From IMG/VR virus record IMGVR_UViG_3300017747_003602, positions 1 to 36,874 of that record: 36,874 nt of DNA; one strand, written 5' to 3'. Both the position numbers and the translations under genes were made by a program. Source of the DNA: a virus (lineage: Duplodnaviria > Caudoviricetes). How positions within the stretch are numbered: position 1 is the first letter of the stretch; each line of letters opens with the position of its first letter. The notes beneath the pieces were generated by a model, which was given only the letters and a program-made list of their open reading frames with translations, was not told the DNA's origin and made no database searches. Of the stretch, positions 7,537 through 18,031 are shown piece by piece.

Positions 7537-7983
7537 TTATGCAGTTGTTGGCGTTTCTAATTCTGGCTCAAAGAGGAAATCTAGTCTTTCCCACGCATTA
7601 ACTTTTATCGGCTGAAAGTTAATTGGATTTATAGCTATTACACCATCAATTTCAATGTAAGCAAAAGGCGCGCGAGCAATTGGCAATAGGTCTAGTTCAA
7701 TTTCGGAATCAAGCATTTCTATAAATTGCTTAGCAAATACCGCGTGGTTCTCACCCAAATCATAATCTTCAGTAGGCCTACCATCCACAACTTGTTTTTT
7801 TCCGCCAGACAAATCTTCCAGCAATTTGATTCTTGCCTCTTGAATCGTTGCGGCTTCAACGGCAATCACTTTTTTTCTTCTTATTAGCTTTAAACTATTA
7901 TCCATAGTTAATTTACTTGTTAAGAGCGCGTCCAAGCAAGGGGCGGCTATCAACAAATCATTTATTTTTACTTTGATTGTCAT
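7537..7983 (-). CDS. Conserved-type phage protein at the end of the tail module (DUF1617-like)
   Basis: Helical pattern LDALLTSKL..SLKLIR..EARIKLLE..EMLDSEIELDLLPI; position after the tail fibres. Confidence 0.6.
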   Translation of the reverse strand: MTIKVKINDLLIAAPCLDALLTSKLTMDNSLKLIRRKKVIAVEAATIQEARIKLLEDLSGGKKQVVDGRPTEDYDLGENHAVFAKQFIEMLDSEIELDLLPIARAPFAYIEIDGVIAINPINFQPIKVNAWERLDFLFEPELETPTTA

Positions 7984-8035
7984 AGTCTTAAATCCATTAG
8001 TAGGTTGTAATTCTGCCGCAATCTAAAAAACAAAT

Positions 8036-8389
8036 CTAATCATCATCAGAAAAGACCAGAGATTGCTGCGCTGTCCCAAAATTAGGGTCTAGCTGCTTTT
8101 TAATATAGTCGTAAATCATCTTATAAAGGATCGGCGGTACAGGTAGCGCTTGAATGTTGAAGCTCATATATTGGTTATTAATTACTTGTAAGTTAGGTAA
8201 AGCCTTAAAATACACTGAAAATGTTATAGTGTAGTAAGGGGTAACAAGTGCAGGTAAATTTAAACCAGCAGAATTATCTCCGGGCATTAAGCTTTGGATT
8301 TTTCTAACCTGATAAGAGCCTTTAATAGAAACATACCAGTTTTGTGATTGAAGTCCTAGAAAGGAATAATTAGATACAGTAAATCCCAT
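8036..8389 (-). CDS. Hypothetical protein, possible tail fibre assembly partner
   Basis: Immediately downstream of the fibre gene; AT-rich like the fibre tip. Confidence 0.55.
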   Translation of the reverse strand: MGFTVSNYSFLGLQSQNWYVSIKGSYQVRKIQSLMPGDNSAGLNLPALVTPYYTITFSVYFKALPNLQVINNQYMSFNIQALPVPPILYKMIYDYIKKQLDPNFGTAQQSLVFSDDD

Positions 8390-8421
8390 TTATATATACA
8401 CCATTTTTATTATTTCAAAAT

Positions 8422-10614
8422 TTACATTAACGATAGAAATTTCGCCTTTAAAAATAATTGAACGTTGGTAGCTGTTCCTAAACCTGCTGCCAGTGTAAAT
8501 TGTACGTATGTATTTACACTATAAGCTGGAACAAAAACATTTAAACTGGCTACAGTCCAACCTGTAGCTGTATTATAATAACAGGCGTTTGATAAGTATA
8601 AGCCTCCATTTACATATACATCGAGATTTTGGTTTATTGCCCCTACATAAACATTGCCCGAAAGTGATATTTCATAAAGTCCTATGTAGGGTAATAATAA
8701 TTGTGTTGCGTCACCAACTTTAAGGGCAATAGCTTTTCTATCATCATATGGAACCCATTGAATAATACCACCAGTTTGAGTTTTTGCGTATCCCCACCAA
8801 TAACCTGGGTTATAACTAAACGACCCATTTGTTGCATCGATAAATGCAGTGTTAGCGCCTTTGCCGCTTACTAAATTACCAGCAGTGCCGTTTGTGCTTA
8901 TGACAATTTCGTTTGACACGGTGGCGGTGGAGCCTTGCGTAAAAGGCCCCAGATACATGTTGGCATTGCCACCAGTTTTATTAAATCCTGAATACTGGCC
9001 TAATGCGAAATTGTCTTTAGCTGTGCCGCCAAGATAGAGAAAAGTTCCTAAGCCAATCCCGATATTACGCCCATCGCCCGCCGTGAGGGGTGAGGAAGCG
9101 GTTGAAAAAGAACCCGCGCCAATAACAATATTGCCGCCGCCTGTGGTTATGCTTGCGCCAGCATCGCCAATGATAATGTTAGTTGATCCGCTTGTTATAT
9201 TTGGCCCTGCATCATCGCCCAAAAGTTGATTGTCCGTGCCTAAAGTCGAATCCCCAACCCTTAAAAAATGGGGCGTTGCGACAACATCCAAGCTAGCTGC
9301 TGCAAAAGATAGATTGTTGCCTGTGGCAATCTCCTGCGCGGCTCCTGTCCCCGCAGATGTTCGGCCCAAAAGCTTTCCAGTCGTCATTTCCAGGCCGTTG
9401 GCGGAGGCGTAGGCGGACGGCGCGACATAATCTGTTGCAGGTAATGCCCTACTTAAAACTCCTGTTGATGTGGTATTTTTAACTATGCCAGTGGCCAGAG
9501 AGCCTAAAAATTGTGCGCCAGATAACCCGCTATCAGTAGTTCCCTGCACAATAAATTTATTGGCAAAAGGCACGTCTGCCGATCCATCCGTGCTATTGCC
9601 AGCTAAGGCTCTTGGTGTAGTCCACTTAGCAGCAGTGGTTGCGGTAGCGGCGTTTCCTACCAATGCGCCAGTAAAAGTCGTGGCCGCGAGGTTGTTCGTG
9701 TTTGAGTTGTAAGCCAGACCAGTATTCGTCTTTGCCGCAATGCTGCTTTGCGTCCCGCTATCAGTCACAAAGGTTAAAAAGCATGTGGCATCTGTCGCTT
9801 CATTTGCCGTCGTTATATTGGTGGCCGTGGTAGCGGTTGTGGCGGTAGTGGCAGTGCTGGCCGTAGTAGCTGTCGCCGCATTGCCTGAGATGTTATTATT
9901 AAGGGTTCCAGATGATAAGCTGACGGTAATAGTACCAGTTCCCGTATTGGTGGCAACATCTATAGAAGTCCCGCCTGCTAAACTTACAGCCCCGTTTAGG
10001 CCGTTAATTGATGCAACATTGGCGGGTGTGGCGGTATTCACCCATTTTCCGTTATTATAAGTTAATGTGTCGTTGTTTTGTGCATCATCAATAAGCACGT
10101 CCATTAGTTGTTGTAATTTATGAGCACCACCACCAGACCCGCGCTTCCCAACGGGAATTGCTAAAAGGTCTTTCCAAAGTTTTTCGCCAACGTATCGCCA
10201 TTGTATATGCGTTTGATTGCGCCCTAATTCTACTTCACGCCCATCTTTGCCATCAATTCCGTTAAGGCCAGCTAACCCAGGCAACCCCTGCAACCCTTCA
10301 GGCCCCTGCTCGCCCCTCTGCCCTGGTTCTCCCTTCTCTCCTGGTGGGCCTTGTGTACCTTGAGGCCCAACCTCACCATCCTTGCCTGGCAATCCATCCG
10401 CACCGTCTTTGCCAGGATTCCCTTTTATTTCTTTAGGCTCTCCCCAGCCGTTTGCAGTTTTTGGCCCGTACAAATCCAGAGAAATGCTATTAATAAAAGA
10501 GTCGCCAATATTTCCTAGTTCTGGTGGCGGTGCAGAATAGCCAGCCAACAATTGCGGCTGCGGTCGCTCTTTCGGTAGCTGCTCTATTTTTCCAGTTACG
10601 GTATTATAAAACAT
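8422..10614 (-). CDS. Collagen-repeat tail fibre/adhesin
   Basis: About 20 Gly-X-Y triplets (GNPGKDGADGLPGKDGEVGPQG...), GNAATAT repeats, Gly/Asn-rich beta-roll-like segment, beta-rich C-terminal domain. Confidence 0.75.
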   Translation of the reverse strand: MFYNTVTGKIEQLPKERPQPQLLAGYSAPPPELGNIGDSFINSISLDLYGPKTANGWGEPKEIKGNPGKDGADGLPGKDGEVGPQGTQGPPGEKGEPGQRGEQGPEGLQGLPGLAGLNGIDGKDGREVELGRNQTHIQWRYVGEKLWKDLLAIPVGKRGSGGGAHKLQQLMDVLIDDAQNNDTLTYNNGKWVNTATPANVASINGLNGAVSLAGGTSIDVATNTGTGTITVSLSSGTLNNNISGNAATATTASTATTATTATTATNITTANEATDATCFLTFVTDSGTQSSIAAKTNTGLAYNSNTNNLAATTFTGALVGNAATATTAAKWTTPRALAGNSTDGSADVPFANKFIVQGTTDSGLSGAQFLGSLATGIVKNTTSTGVLSRALPATDYVAPSAYASANGLEMTTGKLLGRTSAGTGAAQEIATGNNLSFAAASLDVVATPHFLRVGDSTLGTDNQLLGDDAGPNITSGSTNIIIGDAGASITTGGGNIVIGAGSFSTASSPLTAGDGRNIGIGLGTFLYLGGTAKDNFALGQYSGFNKTGGNANMYLGPFTQGSTATVSNEIVISTNGTAGNLVSGKGANTAFIDATNGSFSYNPGYWWGYAKTQTGGIIQWVPYDDRKAIALKVGDATQLLLPYIGLYEISLSGNVYVGAINQNLDVYVNGGLYLSNACYYNTATGWTVASLNVFVPAYSVNTYVQFTLAAGLGTATNVQLFLKAKFLSLM

Positions 10615-10641
10615 ATTTACTAATTGCCCGCTGATAAGTTG

Positions 10642-12369
10642 TCATGGTAAATCGCCCCAGACCGTAACGCAGCAGTAATCGCTGTCAATCCCCGCCGTTA
10701 CGTTTTGGTAATTAACAGTTACTCTTAAAGAGCTAACGGTTTTTGCCGATGATAACGCAACATTTGCGGGACCACATACCCATTGATTCTGGTTATAATT
10801 ATTGAGCATAGAACTCCCCGCCCAAATATAATTTGTATCAGAAAATGGAGTGGTGAAATTTATTACATAATCGCCTTGTCCCACTCTTGTCACGGATGAA
10901 ACATTGTAAGATTTTAAGATTGTTATTGTGCCTCCCGTTGCAGAGAAGGCAACAAAGGCTTTAGCTACCCCTGGATGATATTGCGCCATCCCAGGAGTAA
11001 CCATCACAGTGTTGCTTGTGCCAGCCTCCATTTCCGCTTGCGTGGCAGCCGCCGTATCGCCTGTATTTGTACCGCTGATTGTTGCATTGCCAGACATAGT
11101 TAATGTCCTATTGGCGTCACCAGTGGTGACAGTAAGATTTCTATTAGCTGTTAAATCCGAACCTGGAATTATGCCCAAACTATGCGTTGCATTAGTATCT
11201 AATAATCTAAGGCCCGTATTGTTTAGGGTGGCTGTGCCGCCAGTAATAGCAACGGCATCCGCATTTTGTTGTGCCATAGTGCCAAGAGTCGCCGCTTGAA
11301 CAGCTGTAGACCAGTTGGAAGTTGCTGTATCGCCGATGAATACAAAGACAGCAAAAGCCGTGCTAATTATGAGTGAGGTCTGGCCGTTACCGATAGTATC
11401 AGAGCCGCCGCGATTGATAGTAACTGTATTAGCGTCCTCTGTCACTTTTACAAAGGCGTATTTAATATCTTCCGCGTAAACGGAAAGAGCGGATAGATTA
11501 ATTACAACATTGCCGCCAGAAGTATTAACGCGGAATAAATTACCCTCCTGTGCAAGGCTTGGCACAACTGGAGAATCGGCAAAAGCTACCGATATTACCT
11601 CGTTATATAAGCCCTCAGCAGCAGAACTAGCGGCGGCAGCGGCGGAGGATGAAGCGGCTGTCGCTGATGTAGAAGCTGCGGACGCATAATGTTTCGCGGA
11701 ATATTCTGTCCCGTCTACCGTACTCCCAGGCGTCTTTGTCGCCCATTCCTTAGCGGCCCCTTTGCTAGATGTGTTGGTTATGCCCGTCCCACCTAGCGCA
11801 TAGGCCTTTGCCGAATATTCTGAACCAGCCACAACGCCAGTGGTTTTGTTCGCCCATTCTTCCGCAAGTTCAATATCTGAAATGTCGGCAGTAGATACAG
11901 TAACGGAGCCGTCAGAACCGAACGCCATAGCTTTATTTGCCCGCAATGTAGCGGCAGGCAATAACGTTGAAATATCTTCTTCGCCAGACGGGAACTTTGG
12001 GCATCTCTCAACGGCATCTGCCATATCCTGAGAAACCGCCATTACCTGATCGAGGCTATCCTCAATAACCGCTCCCTGAAAACCCTTATATGTAGAATAA
12101 GTGTCTGTTTGTTCCATCGCTACCGCGCGCGAGCGTATAACGCGCTTGGTGCTTGGTGGGGCGGTTATGAACGTAATGCTGTAGCCAGCACTAGTAAATG
12201 CCAGCGTGTAATCTGTGTTAAGAATCTGCGTTGCACGCGCGCCAGTCGCAATAGTTTCAAGTTCTACTACCATATAAGAAGCGTCCAAAGGAGACCAATT
12301 GCCCGTAAAGGTTGTAGTCGCTCCGTTGCCAGTGCTAACATTAGGGGCGTAATTGTCCGATATTGTCAT
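10642..12369 (-). CDS. Tail fibre protein with T7 gp17-like N-terminal anchor
   Basis: N-terminal GNGATTTF..; YSAKAYA/YSAKHYA repeats; C-terminal AKAFVAF..SYNVSSVTRVGQGDYVINFTTPFSDTNY domain; ATG at 12369 preferred. Confidence 0.8.
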   Translation of the reverse strand: MTISDNYAPNVSTGNGATTTFTGNWSPLDASYMVVELETIATGARATQILNTDYTLAFTSAGYSITFITAPPSTKRVIRSRAVAMEQTDTYSTYKGFQGAVIEDSLDQVMAVSQDMADAVERCPKFPSGEEDISTLLPAATLRANKAMAFGSDGSVTVSTADISDIELAEEWANKTTGVVAGSEYSAKAYALGGTGITNTSSKGAAKEWATKTPGSTVDGTEYSAKHYASAASTSATAASSSAAAAASSAAEGLYNEVISVAFADSPVVPSLAQEGNLFRVNTSGGNVVINLSALSVYAEDIKYAFVKVTEDANTVTINRGGSDTIGNGQTSLIISTAFAVFVFIGDTATSNWSTAVQAATLGTMAQQNADAVAITGGTATLNNTGLRLLDTNATHSLGIIPGSDLTANRNLTVTTGDANRTLTMSGNATISGTNTGDTAAATQAEMEAGTSNTVMVTPGMAQYHPGVAKAFVAFSATGGTITILKSYNVSSVTRVGQGDYVINFTTPFSDTNYIWAGSSMLNNYNQNQWVCGPANVALSSAKTVSSLRVTVNYQNVTAGIDSDYCCVTVWGDLP

Positions 12370-12377
12370 GTCTTTCC

Positions 12378-15300
12378 TCAATATTTACGCGATGTAGTTT
12401 TCTTTTTAACGCCAGCGCCAAACCACCAATAGTAGAATTTACCTACTATTGGTACACTTTGCACGCTCTTTAAGTCATTAACATCAACTTCGCCAGATTC
12501 GATAGCTTTAGCCATATCTTTATATAGGCTATCTACCGCCTTGAAAGGTGGCGCTATTGTTTTAAATGCCGCTGTGCCAACACCTTCTTTTCTTGATGTA
12601 TAGATTTGATATTTACTAAGGCCGAACAACCTTGCAATATTATTAACTACATGGTCTTCAATGGGCGTTTCGCGGTTCAAAATTAAATCTTTTAAAAAAT
12701 CAGCTCCAGCGTTCATAAGTATAAAAAATGAAACTAATCTTAATAAATTTTTAAGGCCTTTGACGGGTTCTTTTCTTATTTGGGAAAACACTTCATTTCT
12801 ATAAATATCGAATTGTTTAATGGTGAATGTTTTTAGCATGTAAAAAATTCTTCCATTACCAGCCCGCAAATAAGTCTCTGGCATTTCAGAAAGGGCTACA
12901 GGCTGAACGTCGAGTATATCATTAAATAAAAGTAATTTAACGTTCTCGCTGGCAATTCTCCCGTCTTTTAAATCTTGAATTGTTTGCTCAGCTTCGGAAC
13001 CTAAAATATTTTCCATCATGGCTAAAAATTCTTTGGTAGGTTTTTTAGCTAAAGCCTTAAATCGCTGCAAAGAACTGTTTATAAAAGTTTCTTTGCCGAT
13101 TCTATCAAACGTGGCTATTCCAGATAATTTAAAAATTAGATTTACAGCTGAAGCACTAGTACTACTTTCTGAAAATTCTTGCGCAATTTTATCAATGTTA
13201 ATATCCGCCATGCTAACTTCAGACCTGCCAATCGTGGCTTTTGTAAAAGCGCCCAAAGTATTATAAACCCCGTTTTTATACATAGAAAAAGCTAGGTCTC
13301 CAAGCTGCGTAACTGCGGAAACAAAAGAACCCATAGTGTCAATGTAAGAAAAGTTTTTATAAACCCTCCAGAAGGAGGACATCTTTCCCTGCTTAAAGCG
13401 CGCTCGCAGTATAGAAGTTAATTCGTCTTGCTGTGCTGGCGTAATTGTGCCGTAAAGCAGTTCTCTCATTACAAAATGACCTATACTGTCTTCAAGCTCC
13501 ATCTCCAATGTTGATTCCAATCTTCCACCCGCCGCAACATGTTCTTTACCAAAAAATCTGCGCGACTCTATGGCATCATTCATTGTTGTGGCATAACGAA
13601 GTAAAGCTTGATCTGTTGTGCTATAAAATTCATTTATTTCGGGCGTTATTGTGTCTATGCCGCGCTCTTTAACATTTCCAGGGCCGCTAAGTGTTAATTG
13701 AGCCTTCCCGTAACCTCTGATAATAGTGTTTATAAAATAGGCCTGTTCTTCCGCAGTTAATATGCGCCCTAATTCCACTTGTTTGTTGCGCAGCGCCTTT
13801 CCTATTTCGGAATAATTGCGGTTGAAATAATCTAATAATTGCTGCGGCTTTTCAATGTGGCGTGGAAAATAATCTCCAAGATAACCAATCTCAAGGCCGA
13901 CATTAGCTGCCCTTTTATAAATATTATCTAACATGCTGCGGACTTGTTCCAGCTCTTCACTCATTTGATATTTATCAGCTATTATTTTTGTTACCCGCGT
14001 ATCGCCATTTTTAAACGCATAATCTAATAATAACTGTATATCGCCAGGAAGTGCTTTCCATTTCTTCAAAAATGGTTCTAGGGCTTTAGCGTCTTTATTG
14101 ACTGCATTAGCTAAATCAAATTCAAATTTACGTAATTTATTTTTTAGAGACGGAGAAATATTTTTCAGCTTTGTTGATATAGGCACTAAAGCAGAACCCA
14201 CCATCCTGTTTAGGTCTTCGATATTATCCTTTATTTTTCCGCTTATTTTGTTCTTGCGCTTGGCCCCGCCGTAGATTTCGGCGTAGTCTGCAAGCCTTCT
14301 ATCATCTGTAATGATTGGAGGTTTAGGGCCGCCTCCATCGCCGCCGCCGCCGCCTTGTATCTGCGCGTTATTTCTATCGGCAACTCCTTGTCGCTTGCCA
14401 TCTCCTTTGATTGAAAGTAGCGAATTAGCATTTGCTTTCTGTTCTGCTGCCCATTCATTTTCTAATTCCTCTAATGTAATATCTTCGCGCTTTCTAGAAA
14501 TAGGGACATCTCCTAAAGCGTCCTTCCGAGTTGCTCGCCATTCATCTTCTGCAGCAACGGCGTCGTCATATAATTTGTTCGCCTTGGTTTCCAAAGCTTG
14601 TATTTCGGCCCGCATGTCTTCTTGAGCAATCCTAGAATAAACTTCGTCCCAAAATTCGGCTCTTGTTTTGCCCCTAATATCTATATCAAATCTATCAATA
14701 TATAAATCAACTTCTTCGTTGTACTGTTTTGCGCTTTCTATAACCTCCACCTCAAAAGTGGAGTCCATAGAGTATTGAGGAAGCCCCGTGTAATCTTCTC
14801 TTATCATATTTAATACATCGGCTGTTGTGGGCCGCTCGCTAAAGAATCCCGCTTCCCTGGCAATTTCCCCAATTTCATCTAACGTTTTTCCTTTAGATGA
14901 AATTAACCCTGGTCGCCGTTTGTGGCTACCGTCAATTAATTTTAAAATTTCAGCATCGGCCCATTTTATTCCGCCCCTTTTAACAATAAACGAAATGAAG
15001 CGCTGAGGCTCTTTTGGGACGCGAGTATATATTTCCTTGGCCGCAACTTTTAGCGCTCTTTTATCCTCCTTTTGCTGCTCCGCAAAAATCTCGTTCACAA
15101 TTTCTTCCTGGCGTTTATCTAATAGGCCTTGCAGGGATTCCATAGTTACTTCTGGTAGCGCTTTAATTTGCAATCTTGTTTCAAGAGGAATGCTTTTATC
15201 GCGCAACATAAGCATTGCGGCGATTTCTGGGTCCGTTGTTTTCCCTTCCTTTTCCGCTTTTTCTACTTTTGAAATTTGTGCCATCACTGCGTTAGCTTCC

Positions 15301-16427
15301 GTTATTGCGTCAGCTGTTAAATTTGGATCGTCGGCAACCTTTGATCTTTCTTTGTCCAATAAGAAAGTTAGCTCGTCGATAATAGTGTCTTTATTTTCAA
15401 GAACACTAGTGACCATATTATCTATTTTTTCTGGAGTTAGGTTTAATTCTGGTGGAGCTTTCTTTTCTAGCAGTGTTACCGCCGCTGACACTGGACCACC
15501 TACAACAATCCCAATTGTAAAATTGGTAAAAACGTTCTTAAATTTTTCCCATAAACTGGTAGTGCGCACCTCTGTCGCGCCCTTGACTGTTTCCTCAATA
15601 ATTGATTGAACACCTTCTTCCAGCCCTTGCCCCAAGGTTCTTTTAACTATTGCTGCAAATCTAGTGCTATTGGCTGCGGCTGCTAGCAAATATTTCCCGC
15701 CAATAGTTTCGACCATTGCTTGCGGAAGGGCAGACGCAAAAGCTATTTGAGCCGCTTCTGCTGGTTGCTTGTTAGCGTTGCGCGCTTCTAAATAATCTTC
15801 AGAATCAACAATAGCGCCCATTAAAGTTGCGGCGATTGCAGGTTTTTTTGTAAGTACAGTAAGGCCGACACTTAAGACAAGGGAACCAAAGCCTTGACCA
15901 GCTGAAAACATAAAATTTCCGCCGCCTTTCGGTACTAAGCCCATAGCTTCAAGCGTGTTTTTATTGTCTTCAATTAAAGCGTTGCCAGCATTTGTAAGGC
16001 GCTCAGGAAAGTTTGGTATTTGTTCAGACAGCAGGTTAACAAGCACGTCCTTTTCCGCGCCTAAAAAATTTCCTATATTATCAATCACGGAAGGCGGAGC
16101 GTCTCCGTTAATTGTGTCTAGGGCTATTCTTGAAAGAAAAGATTTTTTAAATGTACTTATAGCGTCTTGCCCTTCAAAACCTGCGGCTAATTCTCCCGCC
16201 TTTTTAGTTTGTCCCCCTATCCACCTTGGCACAGAAAATAGGTATTGAGCCGCACCTTTCCCAAGTTCTGTTGGATAATCTACTAGGCCGAATGAATCTG
16301 GTGTTTCTTCAATAGGGTTGTTTGTTTTTGCCACAACATTAAGTTCTTGTTCGTTAAGGTCAGCTCCCCCTTTCATTCGCATAAATGGGTTGTCGTTTGA
16401 CTGCTCTTCAAGAAAGGGATTGCTCAT
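12378..16427 (-). CDS. Large internal virion (DNA ejection) protein, 1349 aa
   Basis: Size, helical composition and position between tail tubular genes and the fibre, as for T7 gp16. Confidence 0.7.
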   Translation of the reverse strand: MSNPFLEEQSNDNPFMRMKGGADLNEQELNVVAKTNNPIEETPDSFGLVDYPTELGKGAAQYLFSVPRWIGGQTKKAGELAAGFEGQDAISTFKKSFLSRIALDTINGDAPPSVIDNIGNFLGAEKDVLVNLLSEQIPNFPERLTNAGNALIEDNKNTLEAMGLVPKGGGNFMFSAGQGFGSLVLSVGLTVLTKKPAIAATLMGAIVDSEDYLEARNANKQPAEAAQIAFASALPQAMVETIGGKYLLAAAANSTRFAAIVKRTLGQGLEEGVQSIIEETVKGATEVRTTSLWEKFKNVFTNFTIGIVVGGPVSAAVTLLEKKAPPELNLTPEKIDNMVTSVLENKDTIIDELTFLLDKERSKVADDPNLTADAITEANAVMAQISKVEKAEKEGKTTDPEIAAMLMLRDKSIPLETRLQIKALPEVTMESLQGLLDKRQEEIVNEIFAEQQKEDKRALKVAAKEIYTRVPKEPQRFISFIVKRGGIKWADAEILKLIDGSHKRRPGLISSKGKTLDEIGEIAREAGFFSERPTTADVLNMIREDYTGLPQYSMDSTFEVEVIESAKQYNEEVDLYIDRFDIDIRGKTRAEFWDEVYSRIAQEDMRAEIQALETKANKLYDDAVAAEDEWRATRKDALGDVPISRKREDITLEELENEWAAEQKANANSLLSIKGDGKRQGVADRNNAQIQGGGGGDGGGPKPPIITDDRRLADYAEIYGGAKRKNKISGKIKDNIEDLNRMVGSALVPISTKLKNISPSLKNKLRKFEFDLANAVNKDAKALEPFLKKWKALPGDIQLLLDYAFKNGDTRVTKIIADKYQMSEELEQVRSMLDNIYKRAANVGLEIGYLGDYFPRHIEKPQQLLDYFNRNYSEIGKALRNKQVELGRILTAEEQAYFINTIIRGYGKAQLTLSGPGNVKERGIDTITPEINEFYSTTDQALLRYATTMNDAIESRRFFGKEHVAAGGRLESTLEMELEDSIGHFVMRELLYGTITPAQQDELTSILRARFKQGKMSSFWRVYKNFSYIDTMGSFVSAVTQLGDLAFSMYKNGVYNTLGAFTKATIGRSEVSMADINIDKIAQEFSESSTSASAVNLIFKLSGIATFDRIGKETFINSSLQRFKALAKKPTKEFLAMMENILGSEAEQTIQDLKDGRIASENVKLLLFNDILDVQPVALSEMPETYLRAGNGRIFYMLKTFTIKQFDIYRNEVFSQIRKEPVKGLKNLLRLVSFFILMNAGADFLKDLILNRETPIEDHVVNNIARLFGLSKYQIYTSRKEGVGTAAFKTIAPPFKAVDSLYKDMAKAIESGEVDVNDLKSVQSVPIVGKFYYWWFGAGVKKKTTSRKY

Positions 16428-18031
16428 TTGCCTAGCACTCTATTTGCTGAACCAGTGCCATATACTTCATCAAACTTTGGCGCTAGCTCTGGATTTTCTT
16501 TTAACTTTTGTATATGGGCTAATTGAATGCTGCTAACGGTTTTGCGCTTTTCTATGTTATTTGTTCCGACGACATCTAAAGCGTCTTTTTGCGCTCTTGC
16601 AAATAAGTTGTTGCGTTCTTTTCTCGAAAGGCTGCCTACATCGTTTATTGTCATCCCAAACGGGAAAGAAGGGCCGCCAATAGCCGATAGTTCCTTACTT
16701 AAAGAATCGTAATATTGATTATAGAGCAAATATGCGTTTTTAGCATTTGTAAACTTAGCAAATTCCTTTTCTTTGCCTGTTAAGGTTCCTTCGTCAATAA
16801 CTACACTTTCGTTGAAATATTGCTGGACCTGCTCGAATCCAACATCATTATTAAACGGTACTAGGTCATTACCTGAATATTGCTGAAGATTTGCCGCAAG
16901 TTTCTGTGCATAAGGGCCTATAAGTGATTCAGTAAAGAACTGTCCCTGCTCTCTTGATATAGCCCCTGTATTCATGCCTTCGAATATTTTACTTTGCAAA
17001 GCATCGACTTGATCGGCGGTCACTCCTTCTTTTTGGTTGGTCAGTTTGCCGACTTCACTAAATAGCTCATAAGCAGTTTGCGTTTTTTCTACGTCGCTTA
17101 ACTTTCGCGCTTTTTCCGTAGCTGCTTCCTTGAAGCCGCTGCGCTGTAAAAAATAATCTTGCGCTGGCTCGCTCATGCCTTCAGTCGCTTGGCGCAATTC
17201 AGAATATGACAGCGTCCTATTATCATTAAATAGTTCTATCTGGCTTTTCATTTTTCCTAGAACTTCGCGCTGTATCGCTTCACCCTGAAAATTCATTGCT
17301 TTAGTTTCTATGGCCTGGCGAAATTTCATGAAATCTTCTTGGTCTGTAATAGAAGATTTAACTTGCTCACTATCTAGCGCTTGTAAGGCTTTAACAGGGT
17401 TTTGCTTTGCAACTCCGCTAAAAAAGGATTTGGCCCAATCCTGCGAAAAATTATCTAATAACTGTGCGGATGTTTCTTCGCCTAAATACTTGGAGCCAAA
17501 TTCAGCTAGCTGTTTTTGCGCCCCCATATAATTTGCAAAAGAGGAGATTGCTGTTTCGTCGCTCTCGCCGAACAATTCTCCATCTATTGATGCCTGGTTT
17601 AGATAATTTCTAGTGCTTTTGATTATATCGTTTTTCGCATTGACGGCTGCTTGCTTGTATTGCCAGCTTTGATTGTCTACGGAAATTTGCGTTTGCAAAT
17701 CTTGCGTGGCGGACTGCCAAGCTCGCTTTGATAAGGGGCTTAAATTCCCGCCGTATTTCTGGAATATAGAATTTGTCGCAGATTTAAATTCTTGTTCGCC
17801 GCGCTCGTTAAATGGATCGTTTTCATATTTCAGTTTATGCTCAATTGCTATTTTACTTAAATCAAGGCGCGCGGCGGAAGAGGCTTCAAGTAAACGCGCG
17901 TCATTATGTTGCTGAACAATTTCCCCGCCGACTTTAGCAATTGTAGTTAAGGCCGAGCTAAAATCAGCTGGCCCTGTAGTGTCTCCTACAACGTTTAACA
18001 CCTGCCTGTCGTATATTTGCCTTTGTGCCAT
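16424..18031 (-). CDS. Internal virion (ejection) protein
   Basis: Gene order and helical Q/A-rich composition; ATG at 18031 overlaps the upstream stop (TAATG). Confidence 0.65.
   Translation of the reverse strand: MAQRQIYDRQVLNVVGDTTGPADFSSALTTIAKVGGEIVQQHNDARLLEASSAARLDLSKIAIEHKLKYENDPFNERGEQEFKSATNSIFQKYGGNLSPLSKRAWQSATQDLQTQISVDNQSWQYKQAAVNAKNDIIKSTRNYLNQASIDGELFGESDETAISSFANYMGAQKQLAEFGSKYLGEETSAQLLDNFSQDWAKSFFSGVAKQNPVKALQALDSEQVKSSITDQEDFMKFRQAIETKAMNFQGEAIQREVLGKMKSQIELFNDNRTLSYSELRQATEGMSEPAQDYFLQRSGFKEAATEKARKLSDVEKTQTAYELFSEVGKLTNQKEGVTADQVDALQSKIFEGMNTGAISREQGQFFTESLIGPYAQKLAANLQQYSGNDLVPFNNDVGFEQVQQYFNESVVIDEGTLTGKEKEFAKFTNAKNAYLLYNQYYDSLSKELSAIGGPSFPFGMTINDVGSLSRKERNNLFARAQKDALDVVGTNNIEKRKTVSSIQLAHIQKLKENPELAPKFDEVYGTGSANRVLGK

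Noticed and set aside
8422-12381. Diversity-generating retroelement as in BPP-1
   Set aside because: No reverse transcriptase ORF, and I noticed no template/variable repeat pair with adenine-specific mismatches.
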